Shown here: positions 50,569-60,161 of the stretch, in pieces
How positions within the stretch are numbered: the stretch's first letter is position 1
Layout: each line of letters starts with the position of its first letter
Origin: a virus
DNA: 64,000 nucleotides
Virus record (IMG/VR): IMGVR_UViG_3300028534_000025
Coordinates: 6,426-70,425 of that record
Strand: one strand, 5' to 3'
Position numbers and translations under genes: made by a program
Notes under the pieces: model-generated
Databases searched by the model: none
Told to the model about the DNA's origin: nothing
The model's input: the letters and a program-made list of their open reading frames with translations, nothing else

Positions 50569-50906
50569 ATAATTTAATATTATTTATTATGGCAAGCACA
50601 ATGTTTTATTTTAATCATAAATACACAATAGAATCTGATCCAATATTGATAGTTGGAATGTTTATTGTATATTTAGAATTATCTAAATTATTATATATTA
50701 CAGCTACAGGAGCATCAGCTCCTATTATGATTAGATATTTGATGGCTTCATTAGTTGTAGGTATGTCTGTAAAATTTTATGAGAGTGCTATTATTTATGA
50801 TATTTGGAAAATGATTACATATAGTATATTTATTTTGATATTTTTATCATTTAGATATTTAGCAATTATTAGTACAAAACAAGACAAAACAAGGAATGAA
50901 ATATGA
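50538..50906 (+). CDS. multi-pass membrane protein (PsiE-like topology)
   Basis: four hydrophobic helices; AAGGAG RBS. Confidence 0.55.
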   Translation: MLQKFKECCLNNLILFIMASTMFYFNHKYTIESDPILIVGMFIVYLELSKLLYITATGASAPIMIRYLMASLVVGMSVKFYESAIIYDIWKMITYSIFILIFLSFRYLAIISTKQDKTRNEI

Positions 50907-51427
50907 AAACATTGATTGAAAAATTAAGAAAAGTATTAATAAACGACAAAACACGATTAAGTAGATTTGATAAATATGTTTTAAAATATAAAGAATATGA
51001 TGATTTTAAAAAAAAATTTTTAGGATTAAGAAATTCTAAACATGTACGTTCAATTTTTGAAAAATATGAAACAGAAAATAATATTAATGAATCTTTAAAT
51101 ATAGAATCGAATTCTAAATATATGACAGAAAAAGAACTGATTGAAAAAAATAATTTAAAATTACAAAATGTTTGGGATAAGTTAAATATAGTTAAACCAT
51201 TTTTAGATAATAATGGTTATATATTATCTAATATTTCATCAATTTCAATTTCTGAAGCTGCAAAATATTTCAAAGTATCTGAGGATACAATAATCAAATG
51301 GGATAAAGATGCAAAAACAAATGCTATTGAAAATGATGTAATCAATACTTCAAAATTTAAATATATATTAAAAAGGGAATTTGAAAATAAAATTAAAGAA
51401 GTTGTTTATTATTATAAACATAAATAA
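50903..51427 (+). CDS. hypothetical protein with excisionase/MerR-like HTH segment
   Basis: ISISEAAKYFKVSEDTIIKW. Confidence 0.55.
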   Translation: MKTLIEKLRKVLINDKTRLSRFDKYVLKYKEYDDFKKKFLGLRNSKHVRSIFEKYETENNINESLNIESNSKYMTEKELIEKNNLKLQNVWDKLNIVKPFLDNNGYILSNISSISISEAAKYFKVSEDTIIKWDKDAKTNAIENDVINTSKFKYILKREFENKIKEVVYYYKHK

Positions 51428-51444
51428 ATATTAAAGGATCAATA

Positions 51445-52095
51445 ATGAATAAAAATCTAGATTTTAAAATCTTGGTTAGTAGATTAAAAATGGATGAAGA
51501 GATTTATATAGCTGAACCAACTGATGGAAATATTGTTAAATTAAAGTTAGTTACTCTAACTGATGATAATTTAACAATTACATATGGAATTGGATGGGAA
51601 GGATATGATTTTATTGAATTAGTAAGAAATCAAAAAGATTTTGAAGAGTTTGAATATGACACAGATATATATTGTGATAAAGATGGTAATAAAATTAAGA
51701 AGAAATTCACTAAAGACGATTTAATAGATTATCTAAATACAATAGAAGGAAATCCTGAAATTAAAGTTTGGAATGGATTGGTAGAAGATTATACTAGTAT
51801 AGAAGGAATTGATAAATTAGTATTAATGCGAAAATCAAAAGAAGTATTAACACATGATTATGAATTTGAACTTTATCAATCTACAAAATCTTTTAATATT
51901 TCAGAAGAGCAAGCAAAGAATATTAAGATAAAAGTAGATAAACATTATCCAAATCAAGAATGGGAAATTCCTAATAGATTTTGTGAACCAGAAAATTTAA
52001 ATAAAATGTATGGTGAATCAAAAGAATTTTTAGCAATATATCCAGCAATTGAAGGAAAGCGTTATCAAGATAGATTAGGAACAATTAATTATTAA
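51445..52095 (+). CDS. hypothetical protein
   Basis: 216 aa ORF with RBS. Confidence 0.65.
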   Translation: MNKNLDFKILVSRLKMDEEIYIAEPTDGNIVKLKLVTLTDDNLTITYGIGWEGYDFIELVRNQKDFEEFEYDTDIYCDKDGNKIKKKFTKDDLIDYLNTIEGNPEIKVWNGLVEDYTSIEGIDKLVLMRKSKEVLTHDYEFELYQSTKSFNISEEQAKNIKIKVDKHYPNQEWEIPNRFCEPENLNKMYGESKEFLAIYPAIEGKRYQDRLGTINY

Positions 52096-52116
52096 ATGAA
52101 TAAAAAAGGTTTAAAA

Positions 52117-52353
52117 ATGGATATAAAATATGATAAAAAAATACAAGTAGGTAAATATGAGATTCAAATTTCAGAAGATAATACATATGGTTATTTTGAA
52201 CATGATGATTATGGTGATGAAGCGGGTGGTAGTTTAACATTTGAAAATAAAGTACTTGAAGATTTTGATGGAATGATGGTGCTTCCTTTAGAAGTAGCTG
52301 ATGGAATTAGTAAATTAGGTTTTAAAGTAGATATTGAACATTATTGTGAATAG
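52117..52353 (+). CDS. hypothetical protein
   Basis: YGYFEH..YGDE.GG.L.F motif; AAAGG RBS before 52117. Confidence 0.6.
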   Translation: MDIKYDKKIQVGKYEIQISEDNTYGYFEHDDYGDEAGGSLTFENKVLEDFDGMMVLPLEVADGISKLGFKVDIEHYCE

Positions 52354-52434
52354 AATTTAATATGATAAATCATCAAAATTTATCTGAGATTGATATTGAT
52401 GAAGATGAGATATCATTTTAAAAAGGAATATATA

Positions 52435-52659
52435 ATGGAAGATAGAATGGAAGATAAGATAAATTACGATTTAAATGATTTAGGACAATTTGAAGATTGT
52501 GAAGAAGATATAATGGAAATATTAGATAATATAAATACATTATTAACATATAGTCATTATACACAGGCTCCAGAAGATTTAAAATTAATTAAAGATAAAT
52601 TTAAACAAGTGAGAGTATTAACAGATGAAATTGATAATGCTTTCAGTGATAGTTATTAA
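52435..52659 (+). CDS. hypothetical acidic protein
   Basis: AAGGA RBS before ATG 52435. Confidence 0.55.
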   Translation: MEDRMEDKINYDLNDLGQFEDCEEDIMEILDNINTLLTYSHYTQAPEDLKLIKDKFKQVRVLTDEIDNAFSDSY

Positions 52660-52778
52660 AAGAAGATAATATTAAGTATAATTATAGTTAGTTCATTATG
52701 GGCAACAAAAGAAAATTGTAAAACAAGAAATAAAATGGAAGAAATGATTAAACTTATTAAAACAATAAAGGAATAAAA

Positions 52779-53717
52779 ATGAAAGATAAAAGAAAAAGAA
52801 TCGAATTAACAGGTTTAGTAAGTACACCAGTAAATAGAAAAGAGTTAAATAATGATAGTATTGGTTATATTGAACAATATGATTTTAGTAGAGCAAATAG
52901 TTCATTAGATGCTCGTATAGAAGCGATTACTACTGTAGCTAGTGTTTGTTACCAAAATCCAAAAGCATTAGGTTCTATCAGTTTATATGATAGATTAGTA
53001 GCAGAGTCTCATGGATTACCAAGTTCAAGTTTTGAATTTATTCCAGTTCTATTAGATATTGATTTAGTTCACGAATTATTAGCTTATAAAGACATTTACG
53101 ATATTGAGGATATTTTTGCGGATAATAATAATATGAATATCTATAAATTTGGAGAAATAGTAAATTTTATAAATAATACTAATGGTACTCATTTACTTAC
53201 TAACCTTAGAGCAGTTATTGAAGATTTTGGTCCTGAAATAGCACAAGAAGATATGTTCATAAATAGTTCAGAAGAAGATATTAGAATCATTAAAGAAAAT
53301 TTTAAAGTATTTAAAATGAATATTGATTTAAGCACTAGAGCACAATATATTAGACATAGAACTGCTGAATGGCAAGAACTATCGAGAAGATATGTATCTG
53401 GTAAGAAGAAAGAATTTAGTTTCTTTATTAGTAAAAAAATGAAAGATGTTAAAAGTATAGTTCAATTTGATGGAGAAGATGCTTTTGATGTAGATACAGA
53501 AGATGTTATTAACATATGTTTAAATCATTATAATGCTGCTATTGAAGAAGGTGTTAAACCAGAAGAGGCTAGAAGAATATTACCTCAAGCGATGTATACA
53601 ACTGTTTGGTCAGCTTGGAAACCAAAAGCATTATCAAACTTCTTTAAGTTAAGATTAGATGAACATGCTCAAGTTGATATTAGAAACATGGCTGAGGCTA
53701 AAAAAGCTTTAATTTAA
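52779..53717 (+). CDS. thyX: FAD-dependent thymidylate synthase
   Basis: RAQYIRHR...QELSRRY signature, EEARRILPQ, NFFKLRLDEHAQ.DIR. Confidence 0.93.
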   Translation: MKDKRKRIELTGLVSTPVNRKELNNDSIGYIEQYDFSRANSSLDARIEAITTVASVCYQNPKALGSISLYDRLVAESHGLPSSSFEFIPVLLDIDLVHELLAYKDIYDIEDIFADNNNMNIYKFGEIVNFINNTNGTHLLTNLRAVIEDFGPEIAQEDMFINSSEEDIRIIKENFKVFKMNIDLSTRAQYIRHRTAEWQELSRRYVSGKKKEFSFFISKKMKDVKSIVQFDGEDAFDVDTEDVINICLNHYNAAIEEGVKPEEARRILPQAMYTTVWSAWKPKALSNFFKLRLDEHAQVDIRNMAEAKKALI

Positions 53718-53739
53718 GAAGCATAATAAAAGGATAAAT

Positions 53740-54909
53740 ATGAGTTTATATTTTGAAGATTATGGATTTATATATGATAAACAGATCTTTACAAAAGGAA
53801 AAGCTGTTCAGTTAGTTTCAGGTTATGAATTATTTCAAGAGTTTGGAGATTTTTCAATAGAGCAGGATGTTTTTTTAAAATTAAAAAAATTACCAACTTT
53901 AATGTATATTTCATCAACAGATGAAATAAAAGAAAATAAAAAGAAAAATATTAAAAATAAAGAAGCAACATATATAAAAATAAAACCAAGTAAAACTGCA
54001 AAAGAATTGGATTTATTTTTACCTGTTGAAATGTTTAGAGTAGTAAAAATTCCAAAAATGAATGATGTATTGGATTGGATATATAATAATGATTCATTAT
54101 TATTTCCTTCTGGTTGGAGTTTTTTTAAAAATGAACTAGATACAGTATCTAGATATTTAATTAGAATATTTCAAACTAAGCCTCGTTTACTTAAACAAGT
54201 TAGTGATATTACTAATCATCTATATAATACACATAAAGCTCAAGATATATTTATATATTACAAAACTATTATAAAAGAAAACAATGTGTTTAGAAGCGAA
54301 TTATATAATGAATTTAATGGTAAAACTGCTAAGAAAGAATTTATTGATATATGTCAACAATTAAATCCTTATTGGAGTATTGGTGATGCTACATCATGTT
54401 ATATATTAAATGCTAAAAAAATATTTAAAAAGATAGATAATATATCAAATAATGAAAGAGTATTTAGATATAAAAATCCTAATTCAACTATTATGACTAA
54501 AAAAAATAATGAAGAATTTGAAGAAGGAGTTAAAGTATTAAACGAGAAGTTAATTAAAATTGAAAAAGATAAAATGTTAAAAGATAATAGATTTCTAAAA
54601 GAGTTGAATCAAGAAATTATTGATGAACTAGAATTAACTATTTTTAATACTAGTTCCTTAAAAAATCTTAACAGTGTATTAATAACATTTATTGATAAAT
54701 TTAATAATAAACGATTCTATTTGGAGGATTTTAGATATTATTTCTATGTTAGTAGTTATCAAAGTGTTATTCATAATGATTTTGTTGTATCTAGAGATGA
54801 AGCTATACATACGAAATATTTAGTTAAAGATTTTAAAGTACTACAAAATATAAAATATAATTTAAATTCATCATATCAAACATTTATGTTAAAAGGAGGA
54901 ATTTTATGA
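53740..54909 (+). CDS. hypothetical protein
   Basis: 389 aa ORF with RBS. Confidence 0.7.
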   Translation: MSLYFEDYGFIYDKQIFTKGKAVQLVSGYELFQEFGDFSIEQDVFLKLKKLPTLMYISSTDEIKENKKKNIKNKEATYIKIKPSKTAKELDLFLPVEMFRVVKIPKMNDVLDWIYNNDSLLFPSGWSFFKNELDTVSRYLIRIFQTKPRLLKQVSDITNHLYNTHKAQDIFIYYKTIIKENNVFRSELYNEFNGKTAKKEFIDICQQLNPYWSIGDATSCYILNAKKIFKKIDNISNNERVFRYKNPNSTIMTKKNNEEFEEGVKVLNEKLIKIEKDKMLKDNRFLKELNQEIIDELELTIFNTSSLKNLNSVLITFIDKFNNKRFYLEDFRYYFYVSSYQSVIHNDFVVSRDEAIHTKYLVKDFKVLQNIKYNLNSSYQTFMLKGGIL

Positions 54910-55550
54910 TAATTTTTAATGAAGATACTTTATGGTATGGTTATAATATAGCTGATGCTAATAATATTTCAAAATTAGTTAAACATTTAGAAAGAATTTG
55001 TAGAGCAAGTTTGGAATATGATTTATGGGCAAAGGATACAAAAGAAAATGATCCGAATGCAATAAAATGTCCTATATGTGATGACAATTATTATGAAAAA
55101 TGTTCAAAATGTGAAACACATCATCATCCAAAAACATTATATAATATTGTTGATGAGATAATATATAAATATATAGATAATAATTCTTTAGATACAAAAA
55201 GAGGATTAGATATTGTTCGCGAAGTTATGGATTTACATACACATCGACGAGTATCATTTATTAATTTATGTGTGCATTGTCATAAAAAATATCATCAAGG
55301 ACATTCTGATGTTATAAACAAAATGTATGAAATATTTAAAGATAGATCACAAGCTGGAAAAGAAGAGATGGCAAAAAATGTTCAGGAAGTTGAAATTGAA
55401 TTAACAGAAGTTAATAAAAATTATGATATACCTAAAGAAGAAATAATGACACCAGACTTACCAAAACAACATTTGAAAAAAAATTTATCAAATAATCAGT
55501 TTGTTGAAGATGGAGATTTAACATTTATTTCTATAAATATTGAGGATTAA
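54906..55550 (+). CDS. HNH-like zinc-binding protein
   Basis: CPIC...ETHHHP...LCVHCHKKYH. Confidence 0.6.
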   Translation: MIIFNEDTLWYGYNIADANNISKLVKHLERICRASLEYDLWAKDTKENDPNAIKCPICDDNYYEKCSKCETHHHPKTLYNIVDEIIYKYIDNNSLDTKRGLDIVREVMDLHTHRRVSFINLCVHCHKKYHQGHSDVINKMYEIFKDRSQAGKEEMAKNVQEVEIELTEVNKNYDIPKEEIMTPDLPKQHLKKNLSNNQFVEDGDLTFISINIED

Positions 55551-55613
55551 AAATAAAAAATAATCCATAATTAAATATAGAAATAATAAAACAATTAAAA
55601 TAAGGAATTATGA

Positions 55614-56459
55614 ATGAAAGAAATTAACATTAATGGAGATATTATCTCAAAAGAAGATGTAAAAATATTGGCTAAAAAATTTAATAATAAGTTTAATAAA
55701 AAAAATAATAAAGATTTTGATATAGCTGTATCAAAATATTTAAAATTAAAAAATTTTAAAATAAATGAGAATGTATATAATACAACATATAATAAAAATA
55801 AATATGACAAGTATGTTCAATATATTGTACAAATTATTGGAACTTATTTTATGAATAAAGTTTTTAATGTATTAAAAATAGATATGACAGATAATAATAC
55901 TAAAGAAGATTTAAATGTTGGTAATATTGGTACACCAGGAAGAATCATAAAGATGTTTACTGGAAGTTCATTGGATGATGATACAGAACTGATGTCAGGT
56001 AGATGGATTAAATCTCCTAGATTAGCATCATTTAAGGATGAATTAACTGAAGAAGAATTTGGGTTTCCATTAGAAAAAAATATTCCAATTACTAAAAGAG
56101 TAGATATTGTTGCATTATGTTCTCATCATGCAGTACCATTTAGTTCTATGTTTAGGCCAGATAGTTATGCAGTAATAAGTTATATACCAAAAGATTTTGT
56201 TTTAGGTATTAGCAAGCTACAAAGAATTACTAATTTTGTTTCAAGAAGAGGCTGGTTACAAGAAGATTTAACTAGAGAATTATATAAAGAAGTGGCATTA
56301 GCCGCAAAGACTAATTCTGTATATGTAAGATTGTATAATTTAGTACATAATTGTGAATTTTTAAGAGGAGCTCAGAGTTCTGATGGTTGTTTTACATCTG
56401 AATTTTATGGTGGAAAATTTAAAAAAGAAAAATTTAGAGCAATGGTTTTGGATAAATAA
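55614..56459 (+). CDS. folE: GTP cyclohydrolase I
   Basis: TPGRI, LCSHHAVPF, ISYIP..VLGISKLQR, LQEDLT, HNC..RG. Confidence 0.92.
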   Translation: MKEININGDIISKEDVKILAKKFNNKFNKKNNKDFDIAVSKYLKLKNFKINENVYNTTYNKNKYDKYVQYIVQIIGTYFMNKVFNVLKIDMTDNNTKEDLNVGNIGTPGRIIKMFTGSSLDDDTELMSGRWIKSPRLASFKDELTEEEFGFPLEKNIPITKRVDIVALCSHHAVPFSSMFRPDSYAVISYIPKDFVLGISKLQRITNFVSRRGWLQEDLTRELYKEVALAAKTNSVYVRLYNLVHNCEFLRGAQSSDGCFTSEFYGGKFKKEKFRAMVLDK

Positions 56460-56460
56460 T

Positions 56461-56976
56461 ATGTATTATTTTATGTTAGGTGAATATAACTTTAATGAAA
56501 TATTAATTGATCAAGTTTTTAAATTTAAAACAGATGATGATATAATACTTGATTCTAACATTTTAATAGTATCATCAAAATTAGAATTATTTATATCAAA
56601 ATTTTCACTAGTGTTGAATGACTCTAGTGAAAAGGTAGCATTAAATAAATTATTAGATATACATGATTTGGATACATTTGAATATGATAATTTATCAAAA
56701 ATACCTTTTGGTTCAAAAACTATACCATTAGATTTTAGTAATATCCAATGTCTAATTACAGATTCTAAATATAAATTAAATAAATATATGTATGTTTATA
56801 TTAATATAGATGAACATAAAAACTATTCTATTGAATTTTATATTAAAGATACAACATCAATCAATTATAATTTATTATATCAAGAATTAAATATTTTATC
56901 ATTAGATAAAGCATATGATAAAATTTCTGAAATTTTAAATGGTATTGATTTAAGAAAAGATATAAAAAGGATATAA
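56461..56976 (+). CDS. hypothetical protein
   Basis: ORF; ATG 56461 directly follows the folE stop. Confidence 0.6.
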   Translation: MYYFMLGEYNFNEILIDQVFKFKTDDDIILDSNILIVSSKLELFISKFSLVLNDSSEKVALNKLLDIHDLDTFEYDNLSKIPFGSKTIPLDFSNIQCLITDSKYKLNKYMYVYINIDEHKNYSIEFYIKDTTSINYNLLYQELNILSLDKAYDKISEILNGIDLRKDIKRI

Positions 56977-56977
56977 T

Positions 56978-57475
56978 ATGTCGCAGAATATTATTAAAGA
57001 ATTTAATGAATTATGGCATTTAGAAAATAATTTCATTGAAACGATAGAACATCATCCTCAGTTACAATATGCGGATACAGATAGTTTATGCAGACACAGC
57101 ATAATAAACATTAAAGAAACCTTACAATATAATAATAGATTTAAAGAATATAGTATAGAAAACTTATTTGATAAAGTTGAAGGAAACATTGAAACAATAG
57201 GAAAAGATAATTTTGTTAAACATTTAACAAAAGAATATTTAACACCAAGTGTTTCAAAAAATTTAAAACTAGAAAATAAACCTATAACCTATATTATGAA
57301 ACATAAAGTAAAGAAAAGAATGTTTAAAATTAAAGTTAATGGAGACGAAGTTGATATTACTGAAGATCATTCTTTAATGGTACTTCGTAATAAGAAATTA
57401 GTTGAAATTAAGCCTGGAGAAGTAAAAAAAGATGATAGATTATATAAAATTCAAAGAAAAACCAAAGTGTGTTGA
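56978..57475 (+). CDS. family B DNA polymerase fragment (35-aa N-extein ending YADTD) fused to the N-half of a split intein
   Basis: YADTD then intein block A (SLCRHSII) and block B (ITEDHSLMV). Confidence 0.88.
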   Translation: MSQNIIKEFNELWHLENNFIETIEHHPQLQYADTDSLCRHSIINIKETLQYNNRFKEYSIENLFDKVEGNIETIGKDNFVKHLTKEYLTPSVSKNLKLENKPITYIMKHKVKKRMFKIKVNGDEVDITEDHSLMVLRNKKLVEIKPGEVKKDDRLYKIQRKTKVC

Positions 57476-57703
57476 ATGTGGAGAAACAGAAATAGATGAT
57501 ATTATATGGGATAATTATACACAAAATCAAATAAATATTATATATGAAGAAATAAAGGAGTATATTATATGGAAGAACAATATGAATTAAAAGAATATAC
57601 TGATTTTGAAATAATAGATTTAGGTATAAAAGAAGAATGGGTATATGATATAGAAGTTGAAGATAATCATAATTTTTTTGGAAATAATATATTAGTACAC
57701 AAT
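57083..57703 (+). mobile_element. naturally split intein (IntN 57083-57472, 130 aa; IntC 57569-57703, 45 aa)
   Basis: Ser1 start, TxxH block B, VYDIEV..NHNFF.N.ILVHN C-terminus, Ser+1. Confidence 0.88.
57432..57590 (+). CDS. 52-aa out-of-frame ORF with CxxC bridging the intein split (possible endonuclease remnant)
   Basis: MIDYIKFKEKPKCVECGETEIDD...; overlaps both intein halves. Confidence 0.35.
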   Translation: MIDYIKFKEKPKCVECGETEIDDIIWDNYTQNQINIIYEEIKEYIIWKNNMN

Positions 57704-58582
57704 TCAGCGTATTTAATATATAATTTACCATTTAATAAATTTGAAGATATTCATCAACTTGTTGATTATGTTCAAAAAATTGCTAGAGAATTAGGGAAAT
57801 TATATAATGGTGCTTTGGAATATTATGGAAATTTTGCAAATCTAAACCCAACATATAATACTATGGATTTTAAATCTGAAGTAATTGCATATAGAGGTTT
57901 TTTTGGTGGAAAAAAATTCTATTCATTAGCAACATGTTGGGATGAAGGAACATTTTTTGAAGAAGAACCATATTTAAAGAAAACTGGTGGGGCTATAGTT
58001 AAATCTGATACAACACCACTTTCTAGAAGAATGTTAGATGAAGTTTATAATGTTCTTGTGAAAGATTATTCAGATACATCCTTAGTTTCTATTTATAGAA
58101 AAATATTTGTAAAAATAAAAAATAAATATAAATTAAAAATTAAGGATTCTATAAAAGATTTAGATTTTGCAGAATTTTCTACTCCAAAAAAATGGGGAAA
58201 TACGGAAAAAACGATACCTCCATTTGTAATAGGAGCTATGTTGTATAATACTTTAATAGGAGATACTTTTCGTCCATCTGATAGTATGATAGCATTAAAA
58301 GTAAAAATAGATGTAGAATTATTAATTCAAGTCTTTAAAGAAAAATATCATAAAGATATAGAATTTTGTTTAACATTATCTCAAGTTGAAAAATTAAAAA
58401 ATAAAATAAATATGATTAGTATACCTACAGATATAAGTGATGAAGAAAAAAAGAAATTATTAAAAATAATGAATGACTTAAATATACAATTATTATTAGA
58501 TGAAATTATAATGTTTAATATTGATATGAAATTAGATCCATTTGAAAGATTATTTAATGATGATATAAGGTTAAGAGCATGA
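57569..58582 (+). CDS. split intein C-half plus family B DNA polymerase C-terminal (palm/thumb) part
   Basis: own AAGGAG RBS; ILVHN|SAY, MDFKSE, GKKFY, KTGGAIVKSDT. Confidence 0.88.
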   Translation: MEEQYELKEYTDFEIIDLGIKEEWVYDIEVEDNHNFFGNNILVHNSAYLIYNLPFNKFEDIHQLVDYVQKIARELGKLYNGALEYYGNFANLNPTYNTMDFKSEVIAYRGFFGGKKFYSLATCWDEGTFFEEEPYLKKTGGAIVKSDTTPLSRRMLDEVYNVLVKDYSDTSLVSIYRKIFVKIKNKYKLKIKDSIKDLDFAEFSTPKKWGNTEKTIPPFVIGAMLYNTLIGDTFRPSDSMIALKVKIDVELLIQVFKEKYHKDIEFCLTLSQVEKLKNKINMISIPTDISDEEKKKLLKIMNDLNIQLLLDEIIMFNIDMKLDPFERLFNDDIRLRA

Positions 58583-59667
58583 GTATAATAAATGATCTAA
58601 GACCAGGAATATTATTAAATGATGAAACAGTTCATCAATTTAATAAACTTTTAAAAAATAATGTTATAAAATTTCATCAAGTTTACAATTTAGATATTGA
58701 GCCAAGTGAATATCATTTTATAGATTTTTCATTAAGATTTAATGAGTCAAAAAAAAATAAACAATTAAATAAAACATATTATGATATTGAAACCTTTGTA
58801 TCAGAGAGTGGTGATTTTACAGATCCTATAAAAGCTGATCATCCAATAAATGCTGTTGCATTATATAATAATATAGCAAATACAGTTTATTGTTTAACTT
58901 ATTTAGATGAACTTGTTGATACACATGGTTTATCTAATGATGAAATTATTGCAGAAGTAAAAACACAATACGAACAGTTATGTGAAAAAGATAATGTTTA
59001 TTATGTAGATGATATTACTATTGATGTAATTATTTTTCAAAATGAAATGGATTTACTTGAAAAAATGTTTTTATTATTTCGGGAATTTAACACTTTATCG
59101 TTAGTAGGATTCAATAGTTCACAATTCGATGATCCATATATATTTAATAGAACTTCAAAATTATTTGGTGAAGATCGAATGAAAGAAATCGTATCTGAAT
59201 TCAAAACAGTTGATAAATTTGGTCAATCATCATATGAATTACCAGATTATGTATTGGTTGATATTTTAAAATTATATAAACCAGTAGGACAAGGTGGTGG
59301 AGGATTAGGTAAAGCATTACCTAATTATAAACTTAATACTGTTGCAAAGAAAGTTTTAGGTATTACTAAATTAGATTTAAATACAGGCTTTCGTGAAACA
59401 TATTTGAATAATATTGTTGGTTATTTATCATACAATATTATAGATACAATTCTAACATATAAGTTAGATAAAAAATTACAATTTTTAGAAGAACAATTTA
59501 GTTTATCGAAATATAATAATAGTTCTATGGGAGCTACAATGAGTGGTAGATCATTTTTATATTCATATAGAAATGATCATATGTATTCATCTAGAGATAA
59601 ATTAATTAGAGCTAAAAGGTTTAATAGAGAAGTATTGTATGAACCAAAAATAAAAACAATATATTAA
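58579..59667 (+). CDS. family B DNA polymerase 3'-5' exonuclease domain as a stand-alone gene
   Basis: ExoI YDIET, ExoII GFNSSQFDDPYI, YKLNTVA..LG..K, ExoIII YNIIDT. Confidence 0.88.
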   Translation: MSIINDLRPGILLNDETVHQFNKLLKNNVIKFHQVYNLDIEPSEYHFIDFSLRFNESKKNKQLNKTYYDIETFVSESGDFTDPIKADHPINAVALYNNIANTVYCLTYLDELVDTHGLSNDEIIAEVKTQYEQLCEKDNVYYVDDITIDVIIFQNEMDLLEKMFLLFREFNTLSLVGFNSSQFDDPYIFNRTSKLFGEDRMKEIVSEFKTVDKFGQSSYELPDYVLVDILKLYKPVGQGGGGLGKALPNYKLNTVAKKVLGITKLDLNTGFRETYLNNIVGYLSYNIIDTILTYKLDKKLQFLEEQFSLSKYNNSSMGATMSGRSFLYSYRNDHMYSSRDKLIRAKRFNREVLYEPKIKTIY

Positions 59668-59677
59668 AGGAAATAAA

Positions 59678-60103
59678 ATGACAAATACTGAAATTTTACA
59701 AACAGTAAAACATTCAAAAACAGAAGTTGATGATCAGATAAATATTATTACAAATCTTGTGAAAACATCAAATGATGTAAATAATATAATTGTATTAAAA
59801 AACGATACAGTGAAAAAAATTGATAAATTATTAAAATATGAATTTGATATAATAGAATTAAATTATAATACTAAAGCTGTTTTTAAAAATAAAGAATATA
59901 GTTTAATACAATTATTAAAATTAAGAAAATGTTATGATTTAAAGATAAAATTATTATATAATCTTACATCTAATACAAATGTTAATTCAGATAATGTTGA
60001 ATTAGCTAAATTAGTTTTATCAGAATTTAAAGAAATTATGATTTTAAAAGATGAATTAAAAGAATTAAATATATTAATTTCATCAATTAATCAAAAAAAA
60101 TAA
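59678..60103 (+). CDS. hypothetical coiled-coil protein
   Basis: 141 aa ORF with RBS. Confidence 0.6.
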   Translation: MTNTEILQTVKHSKTEVDDQINIITNLVKTSNDVNNIIVLKNDTVKKIDKLLKYEFDIIELNYNTKAVFKNKEYSLIQLLKLRKCYDLKIKLLYNLTSNTNVNSDNVELAKLVLSEFKEIMILKDELKELNILISSINQKK

Positions 60104-60150
60104 AATAAAATAAAATAAAATATAAAAAATAAAATAAAATATAAACAAAA
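60101..60150. repeat. (TAAAA)n low-complexity tract upstream of queE
   Basis: taaaataaaataaaataaaatataaaaaataaaataaaat. Confidence 0.7.
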
Positions 60151-60161
60151 TAGGAAATAAT

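Noticed and set aside
52660..52776. Open frame after the TAA at 52659 reading KKIILSIIIVSSLWA..., suggesting readthrough or recoding
   Set aside because: No start codon; TAA is the dominant stop in this genome; more likely a decayed small gene
57475..57569. Programmed frameshift or bypass making a contiguous intein
   Set aside because: The downstream ORF has its own AAGGAG RBS and ATG, and the break falls at the usual endonuclease-insertion position of split inteins
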